From NCBI GenBank assembly GCA_963744145.1, contig CAVUSO010000001.1, positions 5,408,001-5,472,000 on the forward strand: a stretch of 64,000 nucleotides of DNA, given 5' to 3'. The position numbers and the translations under genes are program-made. The DNA is from an uncultured cyanobacterium (GTDB taxonomy: Bacteria > Cyanobacteriota > Cyanobacteriia > Cyanobacteriales > CAWUOF01). Position 1 is the first letter of the stretch. Each line of letters begins with the position of its first letter. The notes under the pieces are model-generated. The model ran no database searches and was not told the origin of the DNA. It saw nothing but the letters and a program-made list of their open reading frames with translations. Positions 39,789 to 50,671 of this stretch are shown here, one piece after another.

Positions 39789-40760
39789 ATGACATCTACC
39801 CCTTTAGTCTCATCTGCTGGTAAATCTCCACAGGTTTCAGTTATTGGTGCCGGTCGAGTTGGTAGCACCTTAGCCCAACGCATTGCCGAAAAAAATATTG
39901 CTAATGTGGTATTACTGGATATTGTCGAAGGTTTACCCCAGGGAATTGCCCTTGATTTGATGCAAGCACGAGGGGTAGAAGGTCACGATCGGCAAATCAT
40001 TGGTACAAATGATTATACCCAAACCGCAGGTTCGGATATCATTGTGATTACTGCTGGTTTACCCCGGAAACCGGGAATGCTGCGAGAAGATTTAATTAAA
40101 ATCAATGCCAAGATCGTCACCCAAGCAGCTCAAAATACGATCGCTCAATCCCCCAATGCAATGGTAATTGTTGTTACCAATCCTTTGGATGTGATGACCT
40201 ATTTAGCTTGGAAAGTGACTAAATTACCATCTAGTCGAGTCATGGGAATGTCAGGGGTTCTTGACTCATCCAGATTTCAAACTTTTATCGCAATGGAACT
40301 GGGTGTATCTCCACAAGATGTCCAGACTTTAGTATTAGGAGATCACGGTAAATTAATGGTGCCGTTATCACGTTATTGTACGGTTCGGGGTATTCCTTTG
40401 ACTCAATTGCTACCTCAAGAGAAAATTGCCGAGATGGGAGAAAGAACTCGTAATGGTGGTGCAGAAATTATTGAATTAATGAAAAACAGTAGTGCTTATT
40501 TTGCACCTGCATCTTCAGCTTCTTTCATGGTAGAAGCGATATTATGGAATAGGTCTAGAGTTGCACCTGTATCAGCTTATCTCAATGGGGAATATGGCTT
40601 GCATGATATTTTTCTATCAGTTCCTTGTCAATTAGGTGGTGGTGGAGTAGAAAAAGTTCTAGAATTGGAATTAACCGATGATGAACGTAATGCTTTTTTA
40701 GCTTCAGCTCAATCAGTTCGTGAAAATATTGAATTCGCTCAGACGTTAACGATCGACTAG
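39789..40760 (+). CDS. mdh: Malate dehydrogenase (LDH-like)
   Basis: GAGRVG, TAGLPRKPGM, NPLD, LDSSR, GDHG. Confidence 0.9.
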   Translation: MTSTPLVSSAGKSPQVSVIGAGRVGSTLAQRIAEKNIANVVLLDIVEGLPQGIALDLMQARGVEGHDRQIIGTNDYTQTAGSDIIVITAGLPRKPGMLREDLIKINAKIVTQAAQNTIAQSPNAMVIVVTNPLDVMTYLAWKVTKLPSSRVMGMSGVLDSSRFQTFIAMELGVSPQDVQTLVLGDHGKLMVPLSRYCTVRGIPLTQLLPQEKIAEMGERTRNGGAEIIELMKNSSAYFAPASSASFMVEAILWNRSRVAPVSAYLNGEYGLHDIFLSVPCQLGGGGVEKVLELELTDDERNAFLASAQSVRENIEFAQTLTID

Positions 40761-40878
40761 AAAGCAGTTGCGAAATTGCAGATTGTTCCCCAAGTGATTT
40801 GTTGTGGCTACAGATAGTCATCAATTGTCATACAGCGGATGACCTGTTGATGAAGTACAGTAAGATTTGGCATGAATG

Positions 40879-41263
40879 GTGGGACAGGCATCTTGCCTGT
40901 CCGAGATTGTGAGTGATCTGTGTTGGTTGGGCAGGTTTATGATAGTTATCTGTTTGCAGCAGAATTGATTGGTGAACCTGCCCCTACAAATCCCGGTTGA
41001 TTGTGATCATAAATTCATCGATCAGACATTTTTATGAGCTAGTAAGGGCGGGTTCACCGATGAATTCGCCACACACAAATAACTTTGATGAACCCGCCCT
41101 GCTTGAATGTCAGATTTTTCGGTGAATCCCTGTAGGGGCGGGTTCACCGTTTAATTTGCCCCACACAAATAACCCTTGTGCCGAGCGCAGTCGAGGTATT
41201 AATGAACCCGCCAGGAAACCACAGATCACCTTGATGAACTTCATAAACCTGGAATAGGCTGTA
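40879..41263. repeat. Cluster of REP-like palindromes
   Basis: GGACAGGCATCTTGCCTGTCC; GGGCAGGTT..AACCTGCCCCTAC (40929-40987); two GGGCGGGTTCA..TGAACCCGCC units (41045-41100, 41131-41211). Confidence 0.85.
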
Positions 41264-41306
41264 TCATCTGTAGTCACACTATAATTAAAGAAATTAGGAG
41301 ATTGGC

Positions 41307-42044
41307 ATGAAAATTCAAGGATCAGTTGCATTTGTGACGGGTACAAATCGGGGAATTGGTAAAGCATACGTGGAAGAGTTAGTCAAAGCAGGTGCTAGTC
41401 GCATTTATGCAACTGCCCGGTCAATTGAAACTCTCACAGATTTAGTCGCGATCGCCCCAGATCGGATCATCCCGATCGCATTAGATGTTACTAATCCAGA
41501 TCAAGTCAATGCTGTTGCCCAAAAAGCCCAAGATGTCAACCTATTGATTAATAATGCTGGTGTATTAGGTAGTGGTGGATTATTTATCGCTAGCAGTGTG
41601 GAAACAGCTCAATGGGAGATGAATACCAACTACTTTGGTACACTCTTGATGGTTCGTGCTTTTGCGCCAATTTTGGGACGTAATGGTGGGGGCGCGATCG
41701 TAAATTTATTATCAGTAGTATCTATTGCCAATGCACCTGTGTTTAGTTCCTACAGTGCTTCTAAAGCGGCTCTCTATTCTCTAACTCAAGGTATTCGGGC
41801 AGAATTGGCCAAGCAAAACACACAAGTGATTGGTGTATTTCCAGGTCCAGTAGATACAGCTATGGCTGAAAGTGTTTCTATGGATAAAGTTGCTCCGAAC
41901 AAAGTAGCTCAAATAACTTTACAAGCGATTGAAGAAGGAATTGAGGATGTTTATCCCGATCCAGTTTCCCAAAATACATTTGCGGCGATCGGGACTTCCC
42001 TGAAAGAAGTTGAAAAACAGTTCGCTAGCTGGTTACCTCAATAG
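41307..42044 (+). CDS. Short-chain dehydrogenase/reductase
   Basis: TGTNRGIG, NNAG, YSASK. Confidence 0.92.
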   Translation: MKIQGSVAFVTGTNRGIGKAYVEELVKAGASRIYATARSIETLTDLVAIAPDRIIPIALDVTNPDQVNAVAQKAQDVNLLINNAGVLGSGGLFIASSVETAQWEMNTNYFGTLLMVRAFAPILGRNGGGAIVNLLSVVSIANAPVFSSYSASKAALYSLTQGIRAELAKQNTQVIGVFPGPVDTAMAESVSMDKVAPNKVAQITLQAIEEGIEDVYPDPVSQNTFAAIGTSLKEVEKQFASWLPQ

Positions 42045-42086
42045 GGATAGAAATCGAGCGATCGCGACAATACTATAGGATAAAAT

Positions 42087-42809
42087 TTACCACACATTCT
42101 GCATGACTATAGATCCGGTTGGATATCGACTTAATTGGGAAGATTCTAAGGTAATAAAAACTCCAGATATGCCATCTTCATAGAGATCAATAGGCAGGAA
42201 AAATTGCTCAGAAGTTAGTCCTTTAGTATTGATATTGACAATTCCACAAGGAATCTGATCGCGATCGACCATTACCCATAATCGATAGACATATCCCTGG
42301 GGTGGAATGGGGAGATCCTGAAGAGTAAGAATACCTTTTCCTTGTGCTAAATTCACCACAAAACTACCAGAGGCAAAGTTGGGTGTGATATGCTTTAAGG
42401 GGAACAGACGAGTTTGAGAATTTTGCAATAAAACGTTAATTTCACTAGCTGCATTTAACTCTTGTCGCAACCGATAATTATCAATACCTAATCCTAAAAT
42501 CAACAATATTGCAATGCTTCCCCAGATCGGTTTCCAGGATAAATAAGGTGATCTAGCTCTTGGAACCTGCTGAACTGAGTTATTAGCAACAGTAGCAATA
42601 GTAGACCAAAGATCGGGTGGTGGTTGGACTTCATGTAACCCACAAATCAAGCGATCGCAAATTTCATCTAGCTGCTTCACTTCTTGAGTTAATTCTGGAT
42701 GCTGAGTCAGCAATTGTTCAAACTCCTCTAATTCTGGTGAGGTGAGATTACCTACCACATAACCCGCGATCAGGAGTTCAATTGTTTGAGGAGTTAAAGG
42801 TTCTGTCAT
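42087..42809 (-). CDS. Anti-sigma factor (RskA-like)
   Basis: AGYVVGNL, a TM segment and YRLW; directly downstream of the ECF sigma. Confidence 0.85.
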   Translation of the reverse strand: MTEPLTPQTIELLIAGYVVGNLTSPELEEFEQLLTQHPELTQEVKQLDEICDRLICGLHEVQPPPDLWSTIATVANNSVQQVPRARSPYLSWKPIWGSIAILLILGLGIDNYRLRQELNAASEINVLLQNSQTRLFPLKHITPNFASGSFVVNLAQGKGILTLQDLPIPPQGYVYRLWVMVDRDQIPCGIVNINTKGLTSEQFFLPIDLYEDGISGVFITLESSQLSRYPTGSIVMQNVW

Positions 42810-42816
42810 ATTACAG

Positions 42817-43398
42817 TTAATCGATCGTAGTTCCTAAAATTTGCTTAAGTTTCAGTAGTCCTTGACGAGTCCAAGTTTTTATAGTCCCTAAAGGAGTATT
42901 CAATCGACGGGCAATTTCTGACTGACTTAATCCTTCGTCATAAGCCATTTTCAGTGCTTGACGGTGATCTTTTGGCAATTGTTCGAGCGCAAGACGGACT
43001 TGTTGAGCGCGTTCAGTTAAGGTTGCTTGGTCATAGAGAGAAGCCGTTTCTAGAGGTGTGATTTGTTGCCAACGTTGCAACAGATTGAAGTAGCGATGGC
43101 GCGATCGCAGTTTATCGATCGCACGGGAACGAGACATAGCAACTAGATAACGAATTAGATGTGGATGATCAGGGTTAGGTGGATGATGCCACAAAGCCAG
43201 AAAAATCTCTTGGGTCAAATCTTCCGCTTCCTGAGTAGTTTTTAAAACTTTCAATCCCATGCCATAAACAACTCCACTATAGCGGTAATAAAGCATCTCC
43301 AATGCCGACATTTTGCGGTTTTTGAGTGCCTGCAACAATTCTGTATCTGTCACTAGAGGTGACCCGGATAACTGCTCCTGGGAAGAATGATGTTCCAT
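42817..43398 (-). CDS. ECF (sigma-70 group 4) sigma factor
   Basis: AEDLTQEIF, SRAID, GLSQSEIA...PLGTIK. Confidence 0.92.
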   Translation of the reverse strand: MEHHSSQEQLSGSPLVTDTELLQALKNRKMSALEMLYYRYSGVVYGMGLKVLKTTQEAEDLTQEIFLALWHHPPNPDHPHLIRYLVAMSRSRAIDKLRSRHRYFNLLQRWQQITPLETASLYDQATLTERAQQVRLALEQLPKDHRQALKMAYDEGLSQSEIARRLNTPLGTIKTWTRQGLLKLKQILGTTID

Positions 43399-43487
43399 CT
43401 GTTAACAATTAATCGATTAAGTTGTGGCAACATCAGCCGCAATGTATGTTTCCCAACCTATTTTTAGATCAAACAGCTCCTTTTTAT

Positions 43488-43584
43488 AACGACTAAGCGG
43501 GTTGATTGGATTTAATTTTTGCAGATTAGATTTTAATTCCTTCACAATTCTTATTTTTAAATCCAAAATCAAATTTGAATCGTT
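43488..43584. promoter_or_regulatory. Divergent pair of putative ECF promoters TAAATCCAA-N13-TCGTT
   Basis: Same motif and spacing on the minus strand (43514-43488) and plus strand (43558-43584). Confidence 0.55.
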
Positions 43585-43663
43585 TTCTGGAATAGAGCAA
43601 ATCTATAGTAGCCCAGATTAATCCGAAAGCTCTATTTACTCTAGTTTTTGGTGCAAGTAGACC

Positions 43664-44086
43664 ATGAAACGTCGTAATTTTTTAAGTTGGGTCGGAATTG
43701 GCTGGTTAACCAGTTTATTGCCCATGGCGATCGCGTCCTGTTCGGGTAAAAAAACTGAATCATCGACCAGAAGTGATGGATTTATTGCGGTGGGAAACTT
43801 GACCGCATTGGAGCCAAGCGGATTTCTGAAAACGAAAATAGGTGACAAATCGGTCATCATCTTGCGCGATCAGGCTCACCCAGATACCGTTCGAGCGATT
43901 AATCCCACCTGTACTCATGCAGGTTGCATGGTGGATTGGGAATCAAAGGATAAGGCATTTGAATGTCCTTGTCACGATTCTCGCTTTGCTGGGGATGGTA
44001 AGGTTTTGGAAGGACCGGCCCAGAAACCATTGCAAACTTATGTAACCAAGTTAGAAGACAAAACAATTCTGGTAAAGATTAGCTAA
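43664..44086 (+). CDS. Small Rieske [2Fe-2S] lipoprotein (PetC3-like)
   Basis: Tat-like MKRRNFL, lipobox IASC, CTHAGC and CPCHDS. Confidence 0.88.
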   Translation: MKRRNFLSWVGIGWLTSLLPMAIASCSGKKTESSTRSDGFIAVGNLTALEPSGFLKTKIGDKSVIILRDQAHPDTVRAINPTCTHAGCMVDWESKDKAFECPCHDSRFAGDGKVLEGPAQKPLQTYVTKLEDKTILVKIS

Positions 44087-44101
44087 TTGGAGCAACAAAT
44101 C

Positions 44102-45007
44102 ATGCAACGGAGACAATTTTTGCAACATCTGGGCTGGACAGGTTTAGGGTTTGTGTGGACTGTGGGTACTAATGGCTTAATTACTGCTTGTCAAGTTGGT
44201 GGTTCTAAAGCACAAAAATCCTCCAGTTCTGCCCCCTTATCGTTTGTGCAGATCAGTGATTCCCATATTGGTTTCAATAAACCTGCCAATGAAAATGTGA
44301 TTCAAACCCTTGAACAAACGGTCACGGCTATTAATGCCCTCCCCAAACCCCCTGCATTTATCGTTCATACTGGAGATATTACCCATCTATCTAAACCAGC
44401 AGAATTTGATCAAGCCAAACAAGTGCTAAGTAAATTAAAAGTACCTCTGTTTACTGTTCCCGGAGAACATGATACTATCGGCGATCAGGGTAAAGCCTAT
44501 ACTCAAGCCTTTCCTGCTCAGAAACGAGAAGGATTACAATCGTGGGATCAAGCTGGGATTCATTTCGTCTCCCTAACTAATGTAATGGAGTTTGGGGTAG
44601 ATGGTAAAGGTAAAATCGGACAAGCACAGTTAGATATTCTGAAAAAAGATTTGGAACCACAAAAATCAGATACTCCGATTGTGATTTTCAGCCATATTCC
44701 CCTTTATGATATTTATCCCCAATGGGGATGGGCAACTGAAGATTCTGCTCAAGTGGTAGCTTTACTGTCCCGATTTGGCGCAGTGACTGTCTTGAGTGGA
44801 CATATCCATCAGGTGATTCAACATACGGAAGGGAAGATTCAATTTTACACAGCCGCTTCCACTGCTTTTCCCCAACCTCAACCCGGAAAAGCTGAAAAAC
44901 CTGGTCCAGTCAAATTGCCCAAAGATAGTTTATTGAAAGCTTTAGGATTTCGTACTGTTGACTTTATCCCAGATAGTGATCCTAAAGTTGCTGAACTGAC
45001 ACTATAA
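44102..45007 (+). CDS. Tat-exported calcineurin-like metallophosphoesterase
   Basis: RRQFL, SDSH, TGD, GEHD, GHIH. Confidence 0.88.
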   Translation: MQRRQFLQHLGWTGLGFVWTVGTNGLITACQVGGSKAQKSSSSAPLSFVQISDSHIGFNKPANENVIQTLEQTVTAINALPKPPAFIVHTGDITHLSKPAEFDQAKQVLSKLKVPLFTVPGEHDTIGDQGKAYTQAFPAQKREGLQSWDQAGIHFVSLTNVMEFGVDGKGKIGQAQLDILKKDLEPQKSDTPIVIFSHIPLYDIYPQWGWATEDSAQVVALLSRFGAVTVLSGHIHQVIQHTEGKIQFYTAASTAFPQPQPGKAEKPGPVKLPKDSLLKALGFRTVDFIPDSDPKVAELTL

Positions 45008-45096
45008 TTGTTCAAACATATCCGTAGGATACTCCTGGCTGGGGGAATGGGCGATCAATCACAGATCATGTTCAGTATTTAGGTGAGAAGAAATTC

Positions 45097-46119
45097 ATGG
45101 CAATTCATTTACAACAAGCTCTAGAAGTAGGTAAGTATTTATTTACCCAGCGTCTCAAAGGTCGGAAGCGTTTTCCTTTAATTTTAATGTTAGAGCCTTT
45201 ATTTCGCTGTAATCTTGCTTGCTCTGGTTGTGGTAAAATTCAACATCCTCCGGAAATCCTCAAACAGAATTTGACCCCAGAACAGTGTTTTAACGCAGTT
45301 GAAGAATGTGGAGCTCCGGTTGTTTCTATTCCAGGAGGAGAACCTTTGCTCCATCCACAAATTGATGAAATTGTCAAAGGGTTAGTTGAAAGAAAAAAAT
45401 TTGTTTATCTCTGTACTAATGGATTGTTGCTCGAAAAAACTCTCCATAAGTTTGAACCTTCTCCTTATCTAACCTTTAGTATTCATTTAGACGGATTGCA
45501 GCCATTACATGACAAATGTGTCGATCGCAAAGGTGTTTTTGAGATTGCTGTTGCTGCTATTCGTACTGCTAAAGCTAAGGGATTTCGCGTCACTACGAAT
45601 ACTACCATTTTTGAGGGGACAGATCCTCAAGAAATGCAGGAATTTTTTCAATTTCTTGATACCCTCAATATTGATGGGATGATGATTTCTCCTGGTTATA
45701 GTTATGAGTGGGCACCAGATCAAGAGCATTTTCTGAAACGGGAAAAGACCCGATCGCTGTTCCGAGAAATTTTAGCTCCTTATAAAACTGGTAAACAGCG
45801 TTGGAATTTTAATCACAATCCTCTCTTTTTAGATTTTCTTACTGGTGAAAAAGACTACGAATGCACTCCCTGGGGTAGTCCTAGTTATAGCGTTCTAGGT
45901 TGGCAAAAACCTTGCTATCTGCTGAATGAAGGTTATTATGCTACTTTTGAGGAACTGCTCGAAAAAACTGATTGGGACCAATATGGTCGAGCTAGTGGCA
46001 ATCCTAAATGTGCAGATTGTATGGTACATTGTGGCTATGAACCAACCGCAGCGATGGATGCTATGCAACCAGAAAATCTAGCACGTTCCGTTGGTAGTGT
46101 ACTTGGTATTGCTAATTAA
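45097..46119 (+). CDS. hpnH: Hopanoid biosynthesis radical SAM protein (adenosyl-hopene transferase)
   Basis: [16 protein letters not shown]...CTPWG...[11 protein letters not shown]. Confidence 0.93.
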   Translation: MAIHLQQALEVGKYLFTQRLKGRKRFPLILMLEPLFRCNLACSGCGKIQHPPEILKQNLTPEQCFNAVEECGAPVVSIPGGEPLLHPQIDEIVKGLVERKKFVYLCTNGLLLEKTLHKFEPSPYLTFSIHLDGLQPLHDKCVDRKGVFEIAVAAIRTAKAKGFRVTTNTTIFEGTDPQEMQEFFQFLDTLNIDGMMISPGYSYEWAPDQEHFLKREKTRSLFREILAPYKTGKQRWNFNHNPLFLDFLTGEKDYECTPWGSPSYSVLGWQKPCYLLNEGYYATFEELLEKTDWDQYGRASGNPKCADCMVHCGYEPTAAMDAMQPENLARSVGSVLGIAN

Positions 46120-46348
46120 CTATCTGGTTAAATTACCAGGAAGAATCTCATTTCAGTAATACAATAGGTAGAGGTAATTGATTAATTACCTCTATTTTTT
46201 ATTTATAGCTCAACAAAACTTTATTAATTTTTTTAAGTAAAGTTTATTATCTTTTATGACCACAATTAAGGCGTTGCTGCTATTCTCAATTAACTAAAAA
46301 TCCAAACTAATTCGCCAAAAACTTGTAAAATAAAAGAGTTTGACGACC

Positions 46349-46660
46349 ATGAACCACTATTGTCAGGAATGGATTGAAGACTGGTGTCGTGAAAACGGTT
46401 GGACGGATTTAATTATCGAAGGAGAAAACTATTGGGCTTTTCCTCCCGGAGCTGTAGTGCCAGAACCGTTGCCTCCGAAAGCTTTAAAATTAATTAAGAT
46501 TGAAAAAGGATTAAGTAGATCGGAAAGACTGTGGTCGATATCAGCAATTATGGGAACAGCGATCGCTGGAGTTTTAGCTTATTTGTTAAAATCTCCAATG
46601 CCCTTGTTATTTGCCTTTGTCTGGGGAGCAGTAACTGTGGCTAAACTGGAAATAGATTGA
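46349..46660 (+). CDS. Conserved cyanobacterial hypothetical membrane protein
   Basis: YCQEWIEDWCRENGWTD...WAFPPGAVVP and two TM segments. Confidence 0.75.
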   Translation: MNHYCQEWIEDWCRENGWTDLIIEGENYWAFPPGAVVPEPLPPKALKLIKIEKGLSRSERLWSISAIMGTAIAGVLAYLLKSPMPLLFAFVWGAVTVAKLEID

Positions 46661-46795
46661 CACTCTACATATAGAAGTTTAGCAATTGAGAAAAAAATTT
46701 GTTAAGTTTTTCAGATCATAGAACCTTTTTGGGATAAGTTCCGTCTTTTATAGCTAATGACCGAAAATAATTATTAATGCTTACTCTCTTAGAGG

Positions 46796-47662
46796 ATGAT
46801 AACTGCAATGTACCCCCAACCAATTAAATCCGGCTTTAACCTTACTCTGACAGCAGCTACAGGGATTGGTTTATCTTTAGGTGTGGCGATCGTATTAAAT
46901 AGTAATATCAGTTTTGCGAGTGATTCAGCAACAGGGACAAAAGATATTCAGGTAGAAACTAAAACTGAACCTGTACCAAATCCGGGTAATAACACACCTG
47001 TTCCCAATAATCCCCCACCTGTTCCTAATAATCCACCTGCTCCTAATACTACTAAACCCACAGATTCTACCCAAAGTACAAATACCGGACGTCGTTTTAC
47101 TTGTGAAGTCCAAAATGGTCAATATACTGTCATGTACTATCCCCAAAACCAAAATGGACAAGGTTATGCTTGGGCAACACCGACAGGTATGGGAGATGGT
47201 TGGTCTCCAGAACGTCGATGTAATGAAATTAGTAATCGGTTAGAAACTTATCGACCTGACGGTTTGCTAGAAATGCAAATAGCTAAATATAATATCTATA
47301 ACATTGTTTGTATCACAACACAGAAAAATCCCACCTGTCGGATTGTGCTGACAGTTCCTCTGGATCAAGATCCCAAAATGGTTCGCGATCGCATTTTTAA
47401 TAACTTAACTGTAGCTGATAGCGGTCAAAAAACTGACGCGGTAAATACCTTTCTCCCTGGGGATAATGAAGGTAAAATTATCCAAGATACTTTGGGAATA
47501 AATATTCCTGGATTAGGAGGTAGAAGTAATTCAGTTTCTAGTCCCGATCGGATTAATCTCTTACCTTTCCTTGCTCCTACTGATGGTGGAACTGGGACAA
47601 AATTACGCTCAGGTATACCCATGGATACTCCCCATCGATTAAATCCCAATAATTTCCGCTAA
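46796..47662 (+). CDS. COP23 domain protein
   Basis: RFTC...GWSPERRCNEISNRL...IVC...CRIVLT. Confidence 0.8.
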   Translation: MITAMYPQPIKSGFNLTLTAATGIGLSLGVAIVLNSNISFASDSATGTKDIQVETKTEPVPNPGNNTPVPNNPPPVPNNPPAPNTTKPTDSTQSTNTGRRFTCEVQNGQYTVMYYPQNQNGQGYAWATPTGMGDGWSPERRCNEISNRLETYRPDGLLEMQIAKYNIYNIVCITTQKNPTCRIVLTVPLDQDPKMVRDRIFNNLTVADSGQKTDAVNTFLPGDNEGKIIQDTLGINIPGLGGRSNSVSSPDRINLLPFLAPTDGGTGTKLRSGIPMDTPHRLNPNNFR

Positions 47663-47739
47663 GAATTATTGAGTTAAAACTAATCAGGCGATCGCGATGC
47701 TAATATTTGTCCTCCCATCAATTTAATCATCTTAATTAC

Positions 47740-47780
47740 TCCCCCTTCCCTCCTAGGGAAGGGGGTTGGGGGGGTAGGTC
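47740..47780. repeat. CCCCCTTCCC/GGGAAGGGGG palindromic repeat
   Basis: cccccttccctcctagggaagggggttgggggg between convergent genes. Confidence 0.6.
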
Positions 47781-47896
47781 GTCAGATTTTAACCCGGAGT
47801 AGATAATCACCAAACAAAAATCTAGTTAAATTAGTAGGAAAAACACCCCAGTTTAGCTAGGGTGCTTGATTTACGAATAGATTAGACGCAACAAAA

Positions 47897-48316
47897 TTAG
47901 GGTTCGATCTTCACCGAAATGATCTTGTCACCTTGTTCGATTGCATTGACTACCTTTATATCCTCAGTTTTGCCAAAAACTGTATGTTGTCCGTCTAAAT
48001 GAGATTGGGGAGAATGACAAATAAAAAATTGACTTCCACCAGTATTACGACCCGCGTGTGCCATTGACAAAGAACCAGCTAAATGCTTATTCTGATTAAT
48101 TTCACATTTAATTTGATAACCAGGACCACCCCTGCCATCACCATTCGGACAGCCCCCTTGGATCATAAAATTAGGAATAACGCGGTGAAAATTTAAGCCA
48201 TCATAAAAACCTTTGGTTGCTAAATCAACAAAATTCTTGACTGTATTCGGGGCATCTTGATCGAACAACTCTAGATTAATTGTCCCTTTGGCAGTTTCCA
48301 TGATGGCACGAGTCAT
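47897..48316 (-). CDS. Cyclophilin-type peptidyl-prolyl isomerase
   Basis: [25 protein letters not shown]. Probable start MTRAIMET at 48316. Confidence 0.93.
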   Translation of the reverse strand: MTRAIMETAKGTINLELFDQDAPNTVKNFVDLATKGFYDGLNFHRVIPNFMIQGGCPNGDGRGGPGYQIKCEINQNKHLAGSLSMAHAGRNTGGSQFFICHSPQSHLDGQHTVFGKTEDIKVVNAIEQGDKIISVKIEP

Positions 48317-48498
48317 AGTTTCTCCTAGATGATAGATCAGCAAATGATAGATGATTGCTGCTTTTTTTTGAGCGATCGCTATTATACCAAATCTGATCAT
48401 CTATGTAATTTAGACATATTACATATTGAAGTCGTCTAAGTCAGATGTAACGATCTGATAAATTTCCTTAAAATCAATACAGCGATCGCCTCTAAAAT

Positions 48499-49893
48499 AT
48501 GCACCTGGAATCAACACTTAACCAACTTAAAGCCGCGCTTCCCAATGGTGAATTACCCGCCAGCTATGGGGTCTATTTCAAAAATACCCTAGTTGCCCTC
48601 TGTCATGCCCTCGAAGATCACATTTTACAGACGAGTGCGGGATCTCCAGACCAATACCCCTTAGTTTTAGCGACCTTTCAACAAGGAAAGTGGTATCTCC
48701 AAGAAGCCGATCGCTATGAAGAAATTGCTCAGTGTTCCCGTCACATCGTGATCAGCGCCATGTCTGATAGTGGTTTTGTCACTCACAAAACCAGTCAACT
48801 TCCTAACGTATCCCTAGTAAATCTCGACCCACAAGATACTTTAATCAAAGAATGGAATTTAATTATTATTGCTCCTACTTATAAAGGAATGGTCTTGTGC
48901 CACGAGCTTTCGGAAGATGAGTATGTGGTTCAAGGTAAACCAGAAACAGATTCAGAGCGAAAATTCTATGGTTTGTGGACATTCGACCAGACAATCGTCC
49001 CAAAAGCTGCGGAAATTTTAATTGCTCGGATGCGCCCCAACAATCCGGAATTAGCCGATCGGGTGAGTGCAATATACCAAGAAATCCTGACTACTCCTGG
49101 TCCAGCGTTAGCGGATCTGAGTGGGGTGGTCTCGCGGATTTTGACCTATCTGCAAACTTCTCAGCAGCAAGTGATTACACTTAATCGTCAAAATCGGGAA
49201 ATGCGGGAATTAGAAGGTAAAGCTCTACGCATTAGTCGGAATTTAAGCGCCAATAAACTGCAAGCTTTTCTCCGGATGGCTCAAAGAGTTGATGAACGCG
49301 ATCGCGCTAATCCGGTTGCTTCTTTACAAGTATCTGCGCTGGCGGAAACATTAGGTCAAATTCTTGACTTACCCACATTACAATTACGTCGTCTCCGTCT
49401 AGCGGGATTATTGTTTCGAGTAGGCTTAGTTTCTGCTCCACCCCAAATTTTTACCCAGACCGCGAGTGAAATGGATGAGACGACCTTAGCATTCTGGCGC
49501 GATCGGGCGACCATTGGCGCTCACCTGCTCGAAGCGATGCCAGAATTAGCCGCAGTAGCGAATATTGTTGCTCATCAAAGGGAATACTGGGATGGTAGTG
49601 GTAAACCAAAAGGTCTTAGAGCGACAGAAATCCCCATTGAATCCCGGATTTTGGGATTAGTTGCTTATTTTCAAGAACTAACCAAAGCCAGGGGTACTAG
49701 GATTGCTCTGAGTTTAGGAGCAGCCCTGATCCAATGTCAAGAACTTAGTGGTAGTCGTTTTGACCCAGATTTAGTTGAGTCTTTAGCGACAGTAGTTCGT
49801 TTAACAGAAATTGGGATGATGCAATTACCTCAACGTCCCAGCCAAGTACCCACAGTTTGGTTAGAGGAATCCACTATTTCTAGTCCTTCTTAA
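48499..49893 (+). CDS. DICT sensor domain fused to a degenerate HD-GYP domain
   Basis: YFKNTLVALCHALED...FQ..KWY (DICT); the HD-GYP motifs appear as LFRVG and HQREYWDGSGKP. Confidence 0.8.
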   Translation: MHLESTLNQLKAALPNGELPASYGVYFKNTLVALCHALEDHILQTSAGSPDQYPLVLATFQQGKWYLQEADRYEEIAQCSRHIVISAMSDSGFVTHKTSQLPNVSLVNLDPQDTLIKEWNLIIIAPTYKGMVLCHELSEDEYVVQGKPETDSERKFYGLWTFDQTIVPKAAEILIARMRPNNPELADRVSAIYQEILTTPGPALADLSGVVSRILTYLQTSQQQVITLNRQNREMRELEGKALRISRNLSANKLQAFLRMAQRVDERDRANPVASLQVSALAETLGQILDLPTLQLRRLRLAGLLFRVGLVSAPPQIFTQTASEMDETTLAFWRDRATIGAHLLEAMPELAAVANIVAHQREYWDGSGKPKGLRATEIPIESRILGLVAYFQELTKARGTRIALSLGAALIQCQELSGSRFDPDLVESLATVVRLTEIGMMQLPQRPSQVPTVWLEESTISSPS

Positions 49894-49907
49894 CCCTAAA
49901 TATCGAC

Positions 49908-50531
49908 ATGAATCATTCCCATTCTCTTGATCTTGAGGCAATTCGTCTCGGCAAAATTAAAACCCTTACCTATGCTTACTTAGCTGGTGCAGACTTAGCA
50001 GGAGCTAACTTAGCCAATGCTGATTTGTCTCAAGCTAATTTAATGGGAGCTAATCTTAGTGGTGCTGATCTACATAGAGCTATTCTCAGAGCTAATCTCC
50101 GCGGAGCTGACCTCACTGGTGCTGATCTGACCGGGGCTGATTGTCGCAATGCTGACTTACGTGGTGCTATTCTCCTTGATGCTCAAGTATTTGGTGCTAG
50201 TTTTGCTGGAGCATTTTTGGCTGGTGCTACCTGTGGAAGTTTAGATCTAAGTGCTGCTGATTTGCGTGGTGCTGATTTACGGGGCGCAAATCTGGCTCGG
50301 GCGATTTTGCAACAGGTAGATTTAAGTTATGCTAATCTGGCTGGTGCGGATCTATCTCAGTCAGATTTGGAAGAAGCTAATTTGAGTGGGGCTTTGTTAC
50401 GGGGCACTAATCTGACCGATGCTAATTTACTTTGTGTCTTAGTTGAGCAAACTCAATGGTCAGGAGCTTTACTTCAAGGTGCTTGTATTGAAGGAACTCC
50501 GATCGCAGCTCTGATTATTGATCCCCATTAA
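49908..50531 (+). CDS. Pentapeptide repeat protein
   Basis: A(D/N)LxG repeats throughout. Confidence 0.93.
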   Translation: MNHSHSLDLEAIRLGKIKTLTYAYLAGADLAGANLANADLSQANLMGANLSGADLHRAILRANLRGADLTGADLTGADCRNADLRGAILLDAQVFGASFAGAFLAGATCGSLDLSAADLRGADLRGANLARAILQQVDLSYANLAGADLSQSDLEEANLSGALLRGTNLTDANLLCVLVEQTQWSGALLQGACIEGTPIAALIIDPH

Positions 50532-50671
50532 TTATCTTCACTACCAGTGTCGCTCCCCACTCAACCAACCGCTATTTTTACCTGAATAATTTTCGGATTG
50601 GGACAATTATGGCAGTTTGATCTACTTATCATGTCCATAAGCACAACAAATCGTAATAATTATTAATACAA

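Noticed and set aside
41110..41367. 85-aa ORF
   Set aside because: It runs through REP palindromes and antisense to the SDR start.
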